Source of the DNA: a virus
Taxonomy: Duplodnaviria > Caudoviricetes
Length of the DNA: 64,000 bases
Reading direction: 5' to 3' (one strand)
Virus record (IMG/VR): IMGVR_UViG_3300028549_000507
Coordinates: 64,001-128,000 of that record
The position numbers were made by a program, and so were the translations under genes. The notes beneath the pieces were generated by a model. That model was given only the letters and a program-made list of their open reading frames with translations, made no database searches and was not told the DNA's origin. Positions 29,001-38,282 of this stretch are shown piece by piece. Numbering within the stretch: the stretch's first letter is position 1; every line of letters begins with the position of its first letter.

Positions 29001-32000
29001 TCGGAAGATTTGGTTTTAAGTTTAGACCACTTTTCTTTTATCTTATCGATGAAGCTAAGTTTCTTATCTACAGCAGATGTATCCTTAGTATCGTTACCAT
29101 TCTTAGCATTTGTTTCAGAATTAGCGATATCATCAAGTTCAATGATTACCTCTTCTTCAGTCACATCTTCTATAACAGCTTCAATTTCTTCATCACTAAT
29201 ATTATCAATTTCAACGTTTCTCTTAGCAAATAATCTTCTTACGAGTTCCGGAATATGGGGTTGAACCTTTTTATTCTTACCACTAAACAGAAGAATTATA
29301 TATTTGATAGGAGATAACAGGAAACCTGCAGCAAATGATGTTGCCAATAATGCTGCACCAGTGGCTCCAATAAGAAGTGTCAATGCTGCTTTAAGTGCGA
29401 ATCCGGTCAGCTTAAGAGCCGCCATTATACCAAATAATAAAGCCTTAAGACCTAATCTTAATATCAATTTTACCGCTTTAAAGAATAGTATACCAGTTCC
29501 CCAGATAGCTTTACCTAGTAATTTGATAGCACCTATACCACCTTTAATCATAAGTACACCGGCATCTTGTCCAGCATTAAAACTACCTTTGAAAGCAGCT
29601 CTAATCATGGCACCGATATCGCCCTTCTTAACGGTCTTCTTTTCTTTTTTGTTCCTACTACGAATAGTACTAACAGGCATAGGTGAAGATGTTTCAGGTT
29701 CTTCTACTTCCTCAATGTTATTTTGTAGTTTAGAATTTGAAGAATGTATTCCTCGTGATTTCTTAGAAGAAGTGTCACTAGAAATCTTTCTTCTTCTAGA
29801 CCCTATACCTACATATTGAGCATCGTCTTCAGACTTAATCTTTTTCTTCCTAAGACCAGATCCGCCACTAGTTGTATGTGTTTCATTTTCTACAATAGGA
29901 TCTGTAGATGCTGATAATTTCGAATTATTTGCAGCAGTTATCTGTACATATTTTCGTTTAGCATCTTCAATTTTCTGTAAAGATTTCTTCTTTACATTGT
30001 CATAAATAGAAAGGAATTTAGTTTTGACACTGCTACCAGACTTAGCAATCTTCTCCTTCAAAGAATCTTTCTCTTCTCCAGTAAGATTTGGATCTTCATC
30101 AATTATCTTGATTTCTTCTTCGATATTCTCAGGAGTTTTTCCGAATTTAGAAACTATACCAGCTATAAGATTACTACCTCTTCCGCCACCTTTTTTAGAC
30201 ATACCCATTCTAATCATAGTAACTTCGTGAAGTATCTCATTCAAAGCATCTTTCTCAGACATTTCCGGTCTACGTTCGACACTATTCATCTCATCCGATA
30301 CACTGTTTCCGATACCAAATATCTTATTTGTAAACTTAGATACGCCACGTTTAATAGTTTCACTAGCAGAGGTTATAGTATCCTTACCAACAGTTGAAGC
30401 AGTTTCTAATAAGTTACCACCAGTTGTCAGTACATTCTTACCAAATTTACCAGCACCGTCAATAGCAGATTCTAAGAATTTACTACCACCACGACCGATA
30501 TTAGCCAATGAATCCATCGCACCTTTACCTAAATTAGCAGTACCATCTTTAACTGAGTCACTCGTTAGGAAATCTGATACAGATTTTAGGAGGTTTCGTG
30601 CTCCTTTAAATCCACTCTTAACACCACCTTTAACAGTGTTAAATACTTTTCCACCCATTTCAATACTTTTATTGATAACGGAACGACTAACGCCAAAGAC
30701 TTTACCGATCCCATATTTAGCTTTTTCAGCAAAATATCTTGCACCAGATCTACTATAGTTTATAACTTTCTTAAATATACCTTTACCTTTATCAGTAGTA
30801 TCACGAAGATTCTTCTTCATTTCCTCAACTGCTTCAGGTGATAGTCCTGGTAAATCTCCAGAGAATATTTTAGCAACAAGTATCTCAAAGCTTCCAAACA
30901 TTTTTCCAAATGTTTCTTTCAATGAGAACATATTTTCATTCATATTACCGAAAGTTTTAAAGCCATGCTCTCTAAACTCATCAAAGAATTTAGCATTTGT
31001 AGCATGAGATCTATCTATAGCATCTACTATGGATTTATTATCAACGATAACTTCACCACGTTTTGGAGCATCTGGTAGAGGTTTTGTACTCATATTTGTA
31101 TAAAGTAAATTGTATATATCACTATTTACTTTAAATATATTACTCAACCCACTAACAACTTCACTATTATCGATCTTGTAATTATTTACAGTATTACGTT
31201 TACCCTTCTTCGAACCAGTCATATTCTTAGAAGATTTATCTCCATCTAAGAAACTTTTATCAAAGTCAGAAATAGTTCGCTCTTTAACAGTCTCAATCTC
31301 ACCCATTACTAACTCGCTAGCGAGTTTACCTAAGTCTACATCAGCTTTAATACCTCTACCATATATATCATCTTTGAGCTCAAGTATAGCATCATTGAGT
31401 TTCCGTTTAGCCGCTGTAAATAAACCAGTTTTATCATGAGCTATATAATATTTTAATAGAAGTTTATCTTTTTCAGTGGCAGGTTTACCATCTTTATCAT
31501 ATGTAATCAAGTCTTCAAGACTAAGACTATCATCAGATGCCAAGATATTTATAGCATCATTAACAGTTTCTAATCTACCAGTTTCCAAGTATTGTGATAA
31601 TTGAGATTCCTGTCTATCGCTTTCTCCCCCCATCAATTCTGTAAATGATTTGAGGAAAGTATCAAGATTTGCTTCAACATCTTCAAATTGTTCTTCAGCT
31701 ACACCTTTTCCATCTGCAGATTTGGCATTCTCTCCAAATTGAAATTTATATATGGCATTACTAGCACTATCGAGGAAGCTTTCAAGTTTATCACTAATAG
31801 CCGATTTTACTTTATTATCACCGGAAAACTTAGATGAAAGTATTTCATATGATCTTTTACGACGTCTATCAGCTAAAGCTTGTTCACGCTTATCAGCATT
31901 AAGTGCCGCAATTTCAGCATTTTCATTTTCTTCTTTAAGTTCTCTCTCACGAATAACTGAAGTCTTATTTTTATAATAATTCTCCATTGTATCTGTGAGA

Positions 32001-34291
32001 TGTTTTGGAGTTCCATCTTTTGGGAAAACGAATATACCACCAAGCAACAACTCATATATATTAGATAATACTCCAAGAGGGGACATTGCTGCCGCTTTTG
32101 CCACGCCGTCACTAAATCCAACATCGCTCGGATTCATATTTCCGATTGTAGACTCCCGCCCACCAGCACTAATCTTAAGTTCTTCCATCGCTTTAATAGT
32201 TTTAGCTTTTTGGATATTGTGCTCAAGAGTACCTTCTGCAAAGTCACCAGATCTATCAAGGATTTTAATACGCTCTTCTTGCGTAGTTTGACGTGCATCT
32301 TGGATATAATTTGCAAGCAAAGATGATCCAGATCCGTCATTCATCATCTCTTGTACTTCTTCATTAAAGAATTTTCCAAGACGCATACGTATAGAATTCA
32401 TAGATCTGGTAAACAGTTCTTGGTCATTCTGAGTATACTCTGTTCTAAATGATTCAACGAATCTAAGAAGATTATTCTTATCCTTCAACTTATTAGTCAG
32501 AAGCTTCTGATAAGCTCCATCTCGCATAAGTGCTTCTGGGGTAAAGTGGTAGTTTAACCCTGCAATATTTTTGATAATCTGATCAACGTCGGCACTATAT
32601 GATTTGGAATATTTTCCAAGATCCATATCATATTGATATTGATCTTTAGCAAGGTTTTCTTGAAGAGTTGCAAACTCTTTAGAATCCTTAGAGATCTTTT
32701 CAGATCTAACTAATTCATTTATACGATCTTTTTCAGCCTTAAGTCTATCAGCTCGTTCTTTTAACTCAGCATTACCTTCAAGAATATATTTTTCACCAGC
32801 AATTTTAGACTTATCAGTCAAGGCATTCATATCTGAATTACCTTCATAAATATTCTTTACAGCATATTTATATTCTTTAATTGCAAATGAACTTTTTCTA
32901 AACGTATTAAGTTTATGATCGAAATAAATCTCTTCACTACCGCTATTAACAGCCAGTATCTTAGATAAAAGTCCAGGAATAGCTTGAGTTACTGAATTAT
33001 AGAATCGTTTGTCGAAATTAGCTTTCGCATTCAATTCTTTATCATCGAATCCTGTCTTAAACTTGTTGGTAGACAATTCTTTAACGCCAAGAAAAGATGA
33101 TAATGTTCTGAGTAATGGATTGTCACTAGTATTCGCAATGGTGTTAAACATTGTATTTATAGTTGTAGGTAGCCCTTCAACGGTTTCATTAAATCTTCCA
33201 AGCTTATCTTTAACTTTAGAGTTCATAAATAAACCAGGAATTTCAGGGAGAACCAACTCCATAAGAGCATTACCAGCACTCTTTTTACCCATCATACCTT
33301 GCATAGATCCAAGCATACCAAGGCTTCCGGCAATCTGACCTATCGGGCTATCCTCAATCCACCCTTTTATATTATCCATCACAGCATTAGAATAACCTTC
33401 ACCATTGAAACCGAAACCAAAGATGTCATTCATGACAGATTTACCTTTGTTTTCTCTTTCAAATTTTGGCACATACGTATTCTTATTAATCTGATTCAAG
33501 AGTTTTATAGTATCTTGTTGTAGTCCTAGAGATTTAGTAGAAAATTCCATTGCTGCTTGAGCGGAAGTTTGTCCTACTGTACCGAGATATCTGACAATTT
33601 TTCCAACATTACTATCAATGTTGGCCATATAGCCAACATTTTGAAGATGTCTCATGTCACTTCTATTCTCAGACCTAACATGCAACTTAGCATTCTGCCT
33701 AGTACCAGCTTTGAATACTTCTTGTTGCATATTTAAATTAGCTTGTGTACTTTTTACAGTAGCCGTAACGATGTGTTCTGCTGATTTTTTGTAAGTACTA
33801 TCAAGTTGAAGCTTGGAGTCATTACTAGAATCATCTTCATCGCCCCAAGAATCATCGCCAAACATAGAATCCATACTAAAGTCATCGTCAGATGTACCGA
33901 ATGTAAAGTCACCCGTTTTAGCAGCTTTAGCAAAGTCTCCAAGAACTTCTTTCAAGCTATCTTTCATTATAGATCCAAGAGCCTTACCAGCAGTCTTCTT
34001 TCTATATGATTCAGATACTTTATCAAGTCCATCCTTAGATCTCTGGATAGTATTGTTTTTAGCGCTATCTAATTCTCGGACCATATTTGTGACAGAAGGG
34101 AATAACGCATCCCCCAGACCCATGGCGGCAGTCTTAACAGTTTTGCCAAGATTTTTAGCATAACTGCGTATACCGCCCGGCTCAGAATCTTTTCCTCCAT
34201 CAGAATCAAAATCTCCTAAGGGAAAAAACTCATCTTCCCCATAGTCGAAATCATCATCTCCGAAGTCGTCAAAATTCTTATTATTAGCCAT
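25901..34291 (-). CDS. Giant tape-measure-like virion protein (2796 aa)
   Basis: Length, helical low-complexity composition, Gly/Lys repeats, central hydrophobic segment (LKALLFGIMAALKLTGFALKAALTLLIGATGAALLATSFAAGFLL), position among tail genes. Confidence 0.65.
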   Translation of the reverse strand: MANNKNFDDFGDDDFDYGEDEFFPLGDFDSDGGKDSEPGGIRSYAKNLGKTVKTAAMGLGDALFPSVTNMVRELDSAKNNTIQRSKDGLDKVSESYRKKTAGKALGSIMKDSLKEVLGDFAKAAKTGDFTFGTSDDDFSMDSMFGDDSWGDEDDSSNDSKLQLDSTYKKSAEHIVTATVKSTQANLNMQQEVFKAGTRQNAKLHVRSENRSDMRHLQNVGYMANIDSNVGKIVRYLGTVGQTSAQAAMEFSTKSLGLQQDTIKLLNQINKNTYVPKFERENKGKSVMNDIFGFGFNGEGYSNAVMDNIKGWIEDSPIGQIAGSLGMLGSMQGMMGKKSAGNALMELVLPEIPGLFMNSKVKDKLGRFNETVEGLPTTINTMFNTIANTSDNPLLRTLSSFLGVKELSTNKFKTGFDDKELNAKANFDKRFYNSVTQAIPGLLSKILAVNSGSEEIYFDHKLNTFRKSSFAIKEYKYAVKNIYEGNSDMNALTDKSKIAGEKYILEGNAELKERADRLKAEKDRINELVRSEKISKDSKEFATLQENLAKDQYQYDMDLGKYSKSYSADVDQIIKNIAGLNYHFTPEALMRDGAYQKLLTNKLKDKNNLLRFVESFRTEYTQNDQELFTRSMNSIRMRLGKFFNEEVQEMMNDGSGSSLLANYIQDARQTTQEERIKILDRSGDFAEGTLEHNIQKAKTIKAMEELKISAGGRESTIGNMNPSDVGFSDGVAKAAAMSPLGVLSNIYELLLGGIFVFPKDGTPKHLTDTMENYYKNKTSVIRERELKEENENAEIAALNADKREQALADRRRKRSYEILSSKFSGDNKVKSAISDKLESFLDSASNAIYKFQFGENAKSADGKGVAEEQFEDVEANLDTFLKSFTELMGGESDRQESQLSQYLETGRLETVNDAINILASDDSLSLEDLITYDKDGKPATEKDKLLLKYYIAHDKTGLFTAAKRKLNDAILELKDDIYGRGIKADVDLGKLASELVMGEIETVKERTISDFDKSFLDGDKSSKNMTGSKKGKRNTVNNYKIDNSEVVSGLSNIFKVNSDIYNLLYTNMSTKPLPDAPKRGEVIVDNKSIVDAIDRSHATNAKFFDEFREHGFKTFGNMNENMFSLKETFGKMFGSFEILVAKIFSGDLPGLSPEAVEEMKKNLRDTTDKGKGIFKKVINYSRSGARYFAEKAKYGIGKVFGVSRSVINKSIEMGGKVFNTVKGGVKSGFKGARNLLKSVSDFLTSDSVKDGTANLGKGAMDSLANIGRGGSKFLESAIDGAGKFGKNVLTTGGNLLETASTVGKDTITSASETIKRGVSKFTNKIFGIGNSVSDEMNSVERRPEMSEKDALNEILHEVTMIRMGMSKKGGGRGSNLIAGIVSKFGKTPENIEEEIKIIDEDPNLTGEEKDSLKEKIAKSGSSVKTKFLSIYDNVKKKSLQKIEDAKRKYVQITAANNSKLSASTDPIVENETHTTSGGSGLRKKKIKSEDDAQYVGIGSRRRKISSDTSSKKSRGIHSSNSKLQNNIEEVEEPETSSPMPVSTIRSRNKKEKKTVKKGDIGAMIRAAFKGSFNAGQDAGVLMIKGGIGAIKLLGKAIWGTGILFFKAVKLILRLGLKALLFGIMAALKLTGFALKAALTLLIGATGAALLATSFAAGFLLSPIKYIILLFSGKNKKVQPHIPELVRRLFAKRNVEIDNISDEEIEAVIEDVTEEEVIIELDDIANSETNAKNGNDTKDTSAVDKKLSFIDKIKEKWSKLKTKSSENAVNSKLGETESNAPSSKKKFSLKNKFESVKSGIADKVRGYLGSKKTSSEEDVKTGIDPDNGFREGSIQDQVFDNNEGSDDSVAEESNSSLKDIKKILGTYFNERAEKKRQKQLVKEMKNGKVGEGDGEGGGGIGGFLKRNGKLLGGLAAGAASVATIGLVAKKGIFDKHQQAKESGLYENGSVGDIAGNAAGVEGDSKYGFDGKELGFSERSTQSTSVLKARVPTVKLLGKGLKSGFNAVKGIGSKLGAKISKHGGKIGKGIVENIQKIPKMISDFINRLLNSKKLAKFIKPGVAAKVSAAIPKILKPSMLKGIGSKIFKKLASLIGPIGIALTINDFLTGMNSTSRYFGLGKGAKPTISMRLTSGLANVLSSLLFGLIPTDLIVTTFHSIFGSSEEKEYAADFKKFTSAKAGILGVPDGPLSEFETKNIWQGMMGSGKKDAAMLGFGQDAAGMDAFNTWKSTKYEAVEKLRAKLSKQFGGDGVTGGVPSSPEDAERQRLFREKFLSEAAKLVKSLPVTPKKGEVSTEDSDVKLSESNDDEVAADAKEVASSEKVAPVVSASPVVSAAPVVAGGVVAGGVVAGSVSAAVTKPITTSGGAIDTKLSPNAPGGSNNPLEGDAVKAVKKDLKLDNKIPAVSAAVAATVDVKQQVKEPVDQEKLTKAVTEKSSVGQPLVKAMTGITANINTELDALRAMYAEQTRHNGVSESFFSSVISALLSIAGTTAENFSLTKITNELIAQSLLDGGSGIGKRKKGDDSKDSAELRKMKEAEAAKKNEGLFGKIGAGIKDFFSGGGSDTPDTSSPVSSDYKQGSGKVEFTFDPVTEKTFTMDGNKVDSTNDDSGEKTGGQNDGETNLNDFSSMYSWGSGDKKEFSMVQTAESKTKEGTPNAIVAAISSYLGANKAKGDIVKRGGDTAAVNKFITDAVTKKTHSILVGDIPINHQGVLIGYQTVYVPTSGKGDILVLSQFKDGSRQYSINNSSELAKAANVDVTKGKYGAGAQSTIMNVNTSAAAKSASNTQKGAATVAKGKH

Positions 34292-34303
34292 AAAGAACTC
34301 CGA

Positions 34304-34576
34304 TTATATAACATTAGTTAATTTCATAATGCAAAGAATTATTATAATAATTGATAAAACTATAAGATATATCTTAAAGCTTTTTTCATATTTTTCAAAT
34401 TTCTTCATAAAGAGTAACATAGATTTTAATTCACTATTACTAATATTCAAGCCTTCACTTTTATATTTTTTATTTGCATAATAATATAATATGAATAAAA
34501 GTGCCACTGAAACCGCGTTAAATTGTAATACTATAAGTGTACTAGCTACTACCAAATCCGTAATAAAACCATTCAT
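34304..34576 (-). CDS. Small two-TM membrane protein
   Basis: Two hydrophobic helices. Confidence 0.7.
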   Translation of the reverse strand: MNGFITDLVVASTLIVLQFNAVSVALLFILYYYANKKYKSEGLNISNSELKSMLLFMKKFEKYEKSFKIYLIVLSIIIIILCIMKLTNVI

Positions 34577-35268
34577 TTTCCACCCTCCAACGATTGTTGT
34601 TTCTCAAGGAATCTGCTTTTTAATTTTTCAACAATCAACTTTTCAACATCCATAGATTCGATACCTTTATATGTATTATTCTGTATCATAGTTGGAGTAT
34701 ATTTTACGATATCAGGAATTTTATCAGGATCTTCATCCATCATTGCATTGAATTCTACAATTTTACCTCTAGCTTCATCGCTCATATATTCTTCATACTC
34801 TCTGAAGAATGATCTCCAATTACCTTCTACCATTCTTGGATGTATCTTTAAGCTTCCGGAATGTACAAGTTTGTGAGCCGTAGGATTTAGTGGAACTAAG
34901 CCCACTTTAAAAGAATAGTGTAAATAGTTTACTTCTTCTTCAACTTTCCATGGCTCAAAATGAGGATCCTCAGCATCTAATCTATAATGTTTAGTAGCTA
35001 CAGCTTCCACAATGTCGAATAAACATAGTGGGGAATGATGAAGTTCTATGATGAATCCGTTATCCATAGAATAATCTTTATAAAAACTACATTTATTAAT
35101 GTCCATAGTTCTTTTTAAGTATCCTATAAATTCTCGATATTCAAATATTCTTCTAATTCTTGCTGTCATATATTTGATAATCTTAACGTCTAAAACTCTA
35201 TACTTTCCATCAAAACTAGGTAATGGAACATCATCATCATAGACATATACGGTAGGAGTCTTTTTCAT
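34573..35268 (-). CDS. HNH-like protein
   Basis: IELHH...VGLVPLNPTAHKLVH; late motif AACA TCATAA TG at 35293-35304. Confidence 0.55.
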   Translation of the reverse strand: MKKTPTVYVYDDDVPLPSFDGKYRVLDVKIIKYMTARIRRIFEYREFIGYLKRTMDINKCSFYKDYSMDNGFIIELHHSPLCLFDIVEAVATKHYRLDAEDPHFEPWKVEEEVNYLHYSFKVGLVPLNPTAHKLVHSGSLKIHPRMVEGNWRSFFREYEEYMSDEARGKIVEFNAMMDEDPDKIPDIVKYTPTMIQNNTYKGIESMDVEKLIVEKLKSRFLEKQQSLEGGK

Positions 35269-35415
35269 AGTCCCTCTTAATTCTTTTTATTACATTATGA
35301 TGTTTGATAATTGATTTTTTAAAATGGATTATACATACATATTTAATAGTGGAGACATATGAGTATATGCACTCTACAGTACTATTAATTATTATTATTA
35401 TTAAGGGAGGCCATC

Positions 35416-35736
35416 ATGGCTTTTGTAATTTGTGATGACGGTAAAAAGACAGTAAACCTTAAAAAGGTTAGCGCAACTGAAGTATCATCTGTTGATGGGT
35501 GTATCAAAATCACGTTCCTCATGGATAATGGTATCGAAGATGAAATCGATATTGAACATGATTCTATTAAAGCTGGAGTTAACGTGTATACACGACTCTG
35601 GTCTGTAAAGGCCGGAGAATCAATGAATCTCATCTCAATGATGGACCTTCTTATGAAGGATGAAAACGTATACATGGACCTTCAGGGAAGACTTATGCTT
35701 TCTGCAGCGCCGCAGAAGAAGCATACTCCTAAGTAG
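35416..35736 (+). CDS. Hypothetical protein
   Basis: GGGAGG SD; early-like motif TACATAT TTAATAG TG at 35336-35351. Confidence 0.75.
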   Translation: MAFVICDDGKKTVNLKKVSATEVSSVDGCIKITFLMDNGIEDEIDIEHDSIKAGVNVYTRLWSVKAGESMNLISMMDLLMKDENVYMDLQGRLMLSAAPQKKHTPK

Positions 35737-35750
35737 TAAGTTGTAAAATA

Positions 35751-35787
35751 AAAGAGAGAGGATTAAATCCTCTCTCTATTTTTTTTA
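35751..35787. terminator. Bidirectional terminator
   Basis: AGAGAGAGGA-TTAAA-TCCTCTCTCT flanked by A and T runs. Confidence 0.75.
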
Positions 35788-37650
35788 TTTAGTAACCCGA
35801 TAAACAGTCGCCTGTCCAGGATAGATACTAAGCATCTGATTAGAAGAGATGAGTGTACCAACAGACCCAAACACAGAACTCATAAGTTCATAGTCAGTAT
35901 TAGCGGGAACAAGTGGATTTACCACATCATATTCTTCCAATCCTGCAAGTTTACCCTTAACAAGGTCGAATACTTTAGGACTTTCATCCGTAGTATATAC
36001 GTCAGAAATGATCTTCTTAGCAGCAGGAGTATCTTTACCAACCATATTTTCAATAGCAACAGTATATGCGGCTTTGAATGCTTCAGATACAAATCCAACA
36101 ATATCAGTAACGATAGCAGACACATGCTCTTCACTGTTACCGACGATTACATGGATATCATTTGAAACGATATTATTAGTAATATCTTTAACCATTTTAT
36201 CAAAGTTATCAGCAATGAAGTGCGTAATAGTTACATTACCACCAAGAGTTACACCGTGTTCGATAGATGAATGACATGCCATAATAGCATCATCAATGAT
36301 CAATCTACGAGCACGACGCTCTTTATCATTAGCTCCACCAACACGAATAATAGACATATCACTATTCAACATAGAGATACGGCGTCTAAGAGATTCTACT
36401 GATGCAAATGAAAGGATTCCTTCATTCAAACTAACTTCACCAATACGTTTTTCGATATGAGAAATACGCTCACGTACAGCTTCTTTATCTCCGCCACCAC
36501 GTTTGATGTTAGTTTTAAGCTGTGTACCTTTGAACTGAGCGGCATTACCCAAGAATTTTTCAATAAAGTCAACATTGGATTTGAAATCCATAATCTTACC
36601 TTTATTTGTTTCAACGATTTCACATCCAAGAATGATTCTAAGATCTTCAAGACGATCTCTAGATTTTTCATTCTCACCGTTAATAGATAAACAAACAAGA
36701 GGCTCTTTTTCATGAAGAACTGGTACATTTCCGCGCATCTCAGTATTACGAGTACAACGTCTTACGATACTATTGATCACCGGCTGATCGAAATCTTTGG
36801 CAACGAGAACAAGAGGTTTTCCAAGCTGGAATATAACATAGTCGATAACTTTGTTAACATTCTCAAGATCCGACAACGTAAGCGGTCCATCGATAAGAAG
36901 GAATTTAGGTTCTTCAAGAATACAAGTGATTCTATCAGTCTGGTTTGCCATGATAGGGTTAATAAATCCGGCACCGAAGTCGAATCCGATTTCTTCTTCA
37001 ACGAAAGTTTCATCAGTAGTACCGAGTTCAGTAGATACATATACATACTTACTATCGCGTTTTGTATACAGATTTGCAACAAGATTACCAATTTCAGGAT
37101 CATTATTTGCAGATACAGTAGATACACGTCTAATAAGTTTATCTTCGAGATCTCTATCAAGATCTTTAAGGATATATTTTGTATTTTTACAAGTATTAAT
37201 CATGATATACTTACGAATCTCTTCAAGAATAAGTCTGATAGAGATTGTAGGGAGCTTACATCCGATATGAGGATGAGCTTTTACGATATCATACTCTCTA
37301 AGATATTTATACAAAGCATACGCGATGATAATACCGGAAGTAGTACTGTCTCCGACTTTAACATTCATACGTTTTGAGATATCTTTAATGATCTCAGCGA
37401 TGAAATGTTTAACTTGGTCATTGAATTTATATTCCTGAACAACTGTAAATCCGTCTTTAGTAGGATATACTGGAACTGTTGCGTCGATATGCGAAATCAT
37501 ACACAATCCGCCACCAGGTCCCAAAGTTCTTTCGACACTACTTGCCATTTTACCGAATACGAAATCTACATTCGAATGAAAATCTACATCATTGATGATA
37601 TTTTCATCTTTCAAAACATCCGATATCTCTCTAACTGTTGCTTCCGACAT
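35785..37650 (-). CDS. groEL: Phage GroEL-like chaperonin
   Basis: TLGPGG, TKDGFTV, VGDSTTS, IIRVGG...KERR...IDDAIMA...GGNV. Confidence 0.92.
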   Translation of the reverse strand: MSEATVREISDVLKDENIINDVDFHSNVDFVFGKMASSVERTLGPGGGLCMISHIDATVPVYPTKDGFTVVQEYKFNDQVKHFIAEIIKDISKRMNVKVGDSTTSGIIIAYALYKYLREYDIVKAHPHIGCKLPTISIRLILEEIRKYIMINTCKNTKYILKDLDRDLEDKLIRRVSTVSANNDPEIGNLVANLYTKRDSKYVYVSTELGTTDETFVEEEIGFDFGAGFINPIMANQTDRITCILEEPKFLLIDGPLTLSDLENVNKVIDYVIFQLGKPLVLVAKDFDQPVINSIVRRCTRNTEMRGNVPVLHEKEPLVCLSINGENEKSRDRLEDLRIILGCEIVETNKGKIMDFKSNVDFIEKFLGNAAQFKGTQLKTNIKRGGGDKEAVRERISHIEKRIGEVSLNEGILSFASVESLRRRISMLNSDMSIIRVGGANDKERRARRLIIDDAIMACHSSIEHGVTLGGNVTITHFIADNFDKMVKDITNNIVSNDIHVIVGNSEEHVSAIVTDIVGFVSEAFKAAYTVAIENMVGKDTPAAKKIISDVYTTDESPKVFDLVKGKLAGLEEYDVVNPLVPANTDYELMSSVFGSVGTLISSNQMLSIYPGQATVYRVTK

Positions 37651-37659
37651 TGAAATCTC

Positions 37660-38010
37660 CTAGATTTTTATAGTAATCGTTTTTGTCTTTTTGTTTTCTC
37701 TGATAACCGGTGACTTACTGCCATTTTTCTTTAAACAGTCTGACAATTGGGATACGTCTTCCATAGTAATCTCTTCAACATTCTTTATATGGAATATTGC
37801 ACCATTTTTTTGGAAGTCCATAGCTATAGCAAATTTATGCGGACTATGATCTTTATGGTGCAACCCGTGTTGTAAATTGAAAAGATTCACAGACCTAAAC
37901 ATAGTTGTTATAGAAGGTACATTCTTAAATCCACAAACCTTCTTAGCAGTAACTCCACTATTGTCAGCTAACTCATTCACAAAGTTATTTAAAGTATTTT
38001 CAGTAGTCAT
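37660..38010 (-). CDS. Hypothetical protein
   Basis: ORF with AAGGAG SD, upstream of groEL. Confidence 0.7.
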   Translation of the reverse strand: MTTENTLNNFVNELADNSGVTAKKVCGFKNVPSITTMFRSVNLFNLQHGLHHKDHSPHKFAIAMDFQKNGAIFHIKNVEEITMEDVSQLSDCLKKNGSKSPVIRENKKTKTITIKI

Positions 38011-38067
38011 TATTTATTCTCCTTAAGTATTACAATGCATATTATAAAATCGCATTATTTTACTCCT

Positions 38068-38274
38068 TTACATATTTTTAATTAGTTTTTCAATATCGGG
38101 ACCTTGGGACTTACGCTTATTTAGGTTTTCCAACCTCGATTTTACCATCGCTCTCATCATAGGCATATCCATATCCATCAATTCTTGGTAGGTTATCTTA
38201 CCTGAAAAGAGCTCTAGTACCGAATCTAACATGGACGTGAAGGCATACTTTACATCAGTATTACCTTCACGCAT
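38068..38274 (-). CDS. Small protein following the baseplate-hub-like gene
   Basis: ORF LFSGKITYQELMDMD. Confidence 0.6.
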   Translation of the reverse strand: MREGNTDVKYAFTSMLDSVLELFSGKITYQELMDMDMPMMRAMVKSRLENLNKRKSQGPDIEKLIKNM

Positions 38275-38282
38275 ATCATCTG

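Noticed and set aside
36712-37377. 221-aa antisense ORF in groEL and similar shadow ORFs in the giant gene, portal, RNAP and recA genes
   Set aside because: Opposite-strand or alternate-frame shadows of well-supported genes, with no SD or promoter motif.
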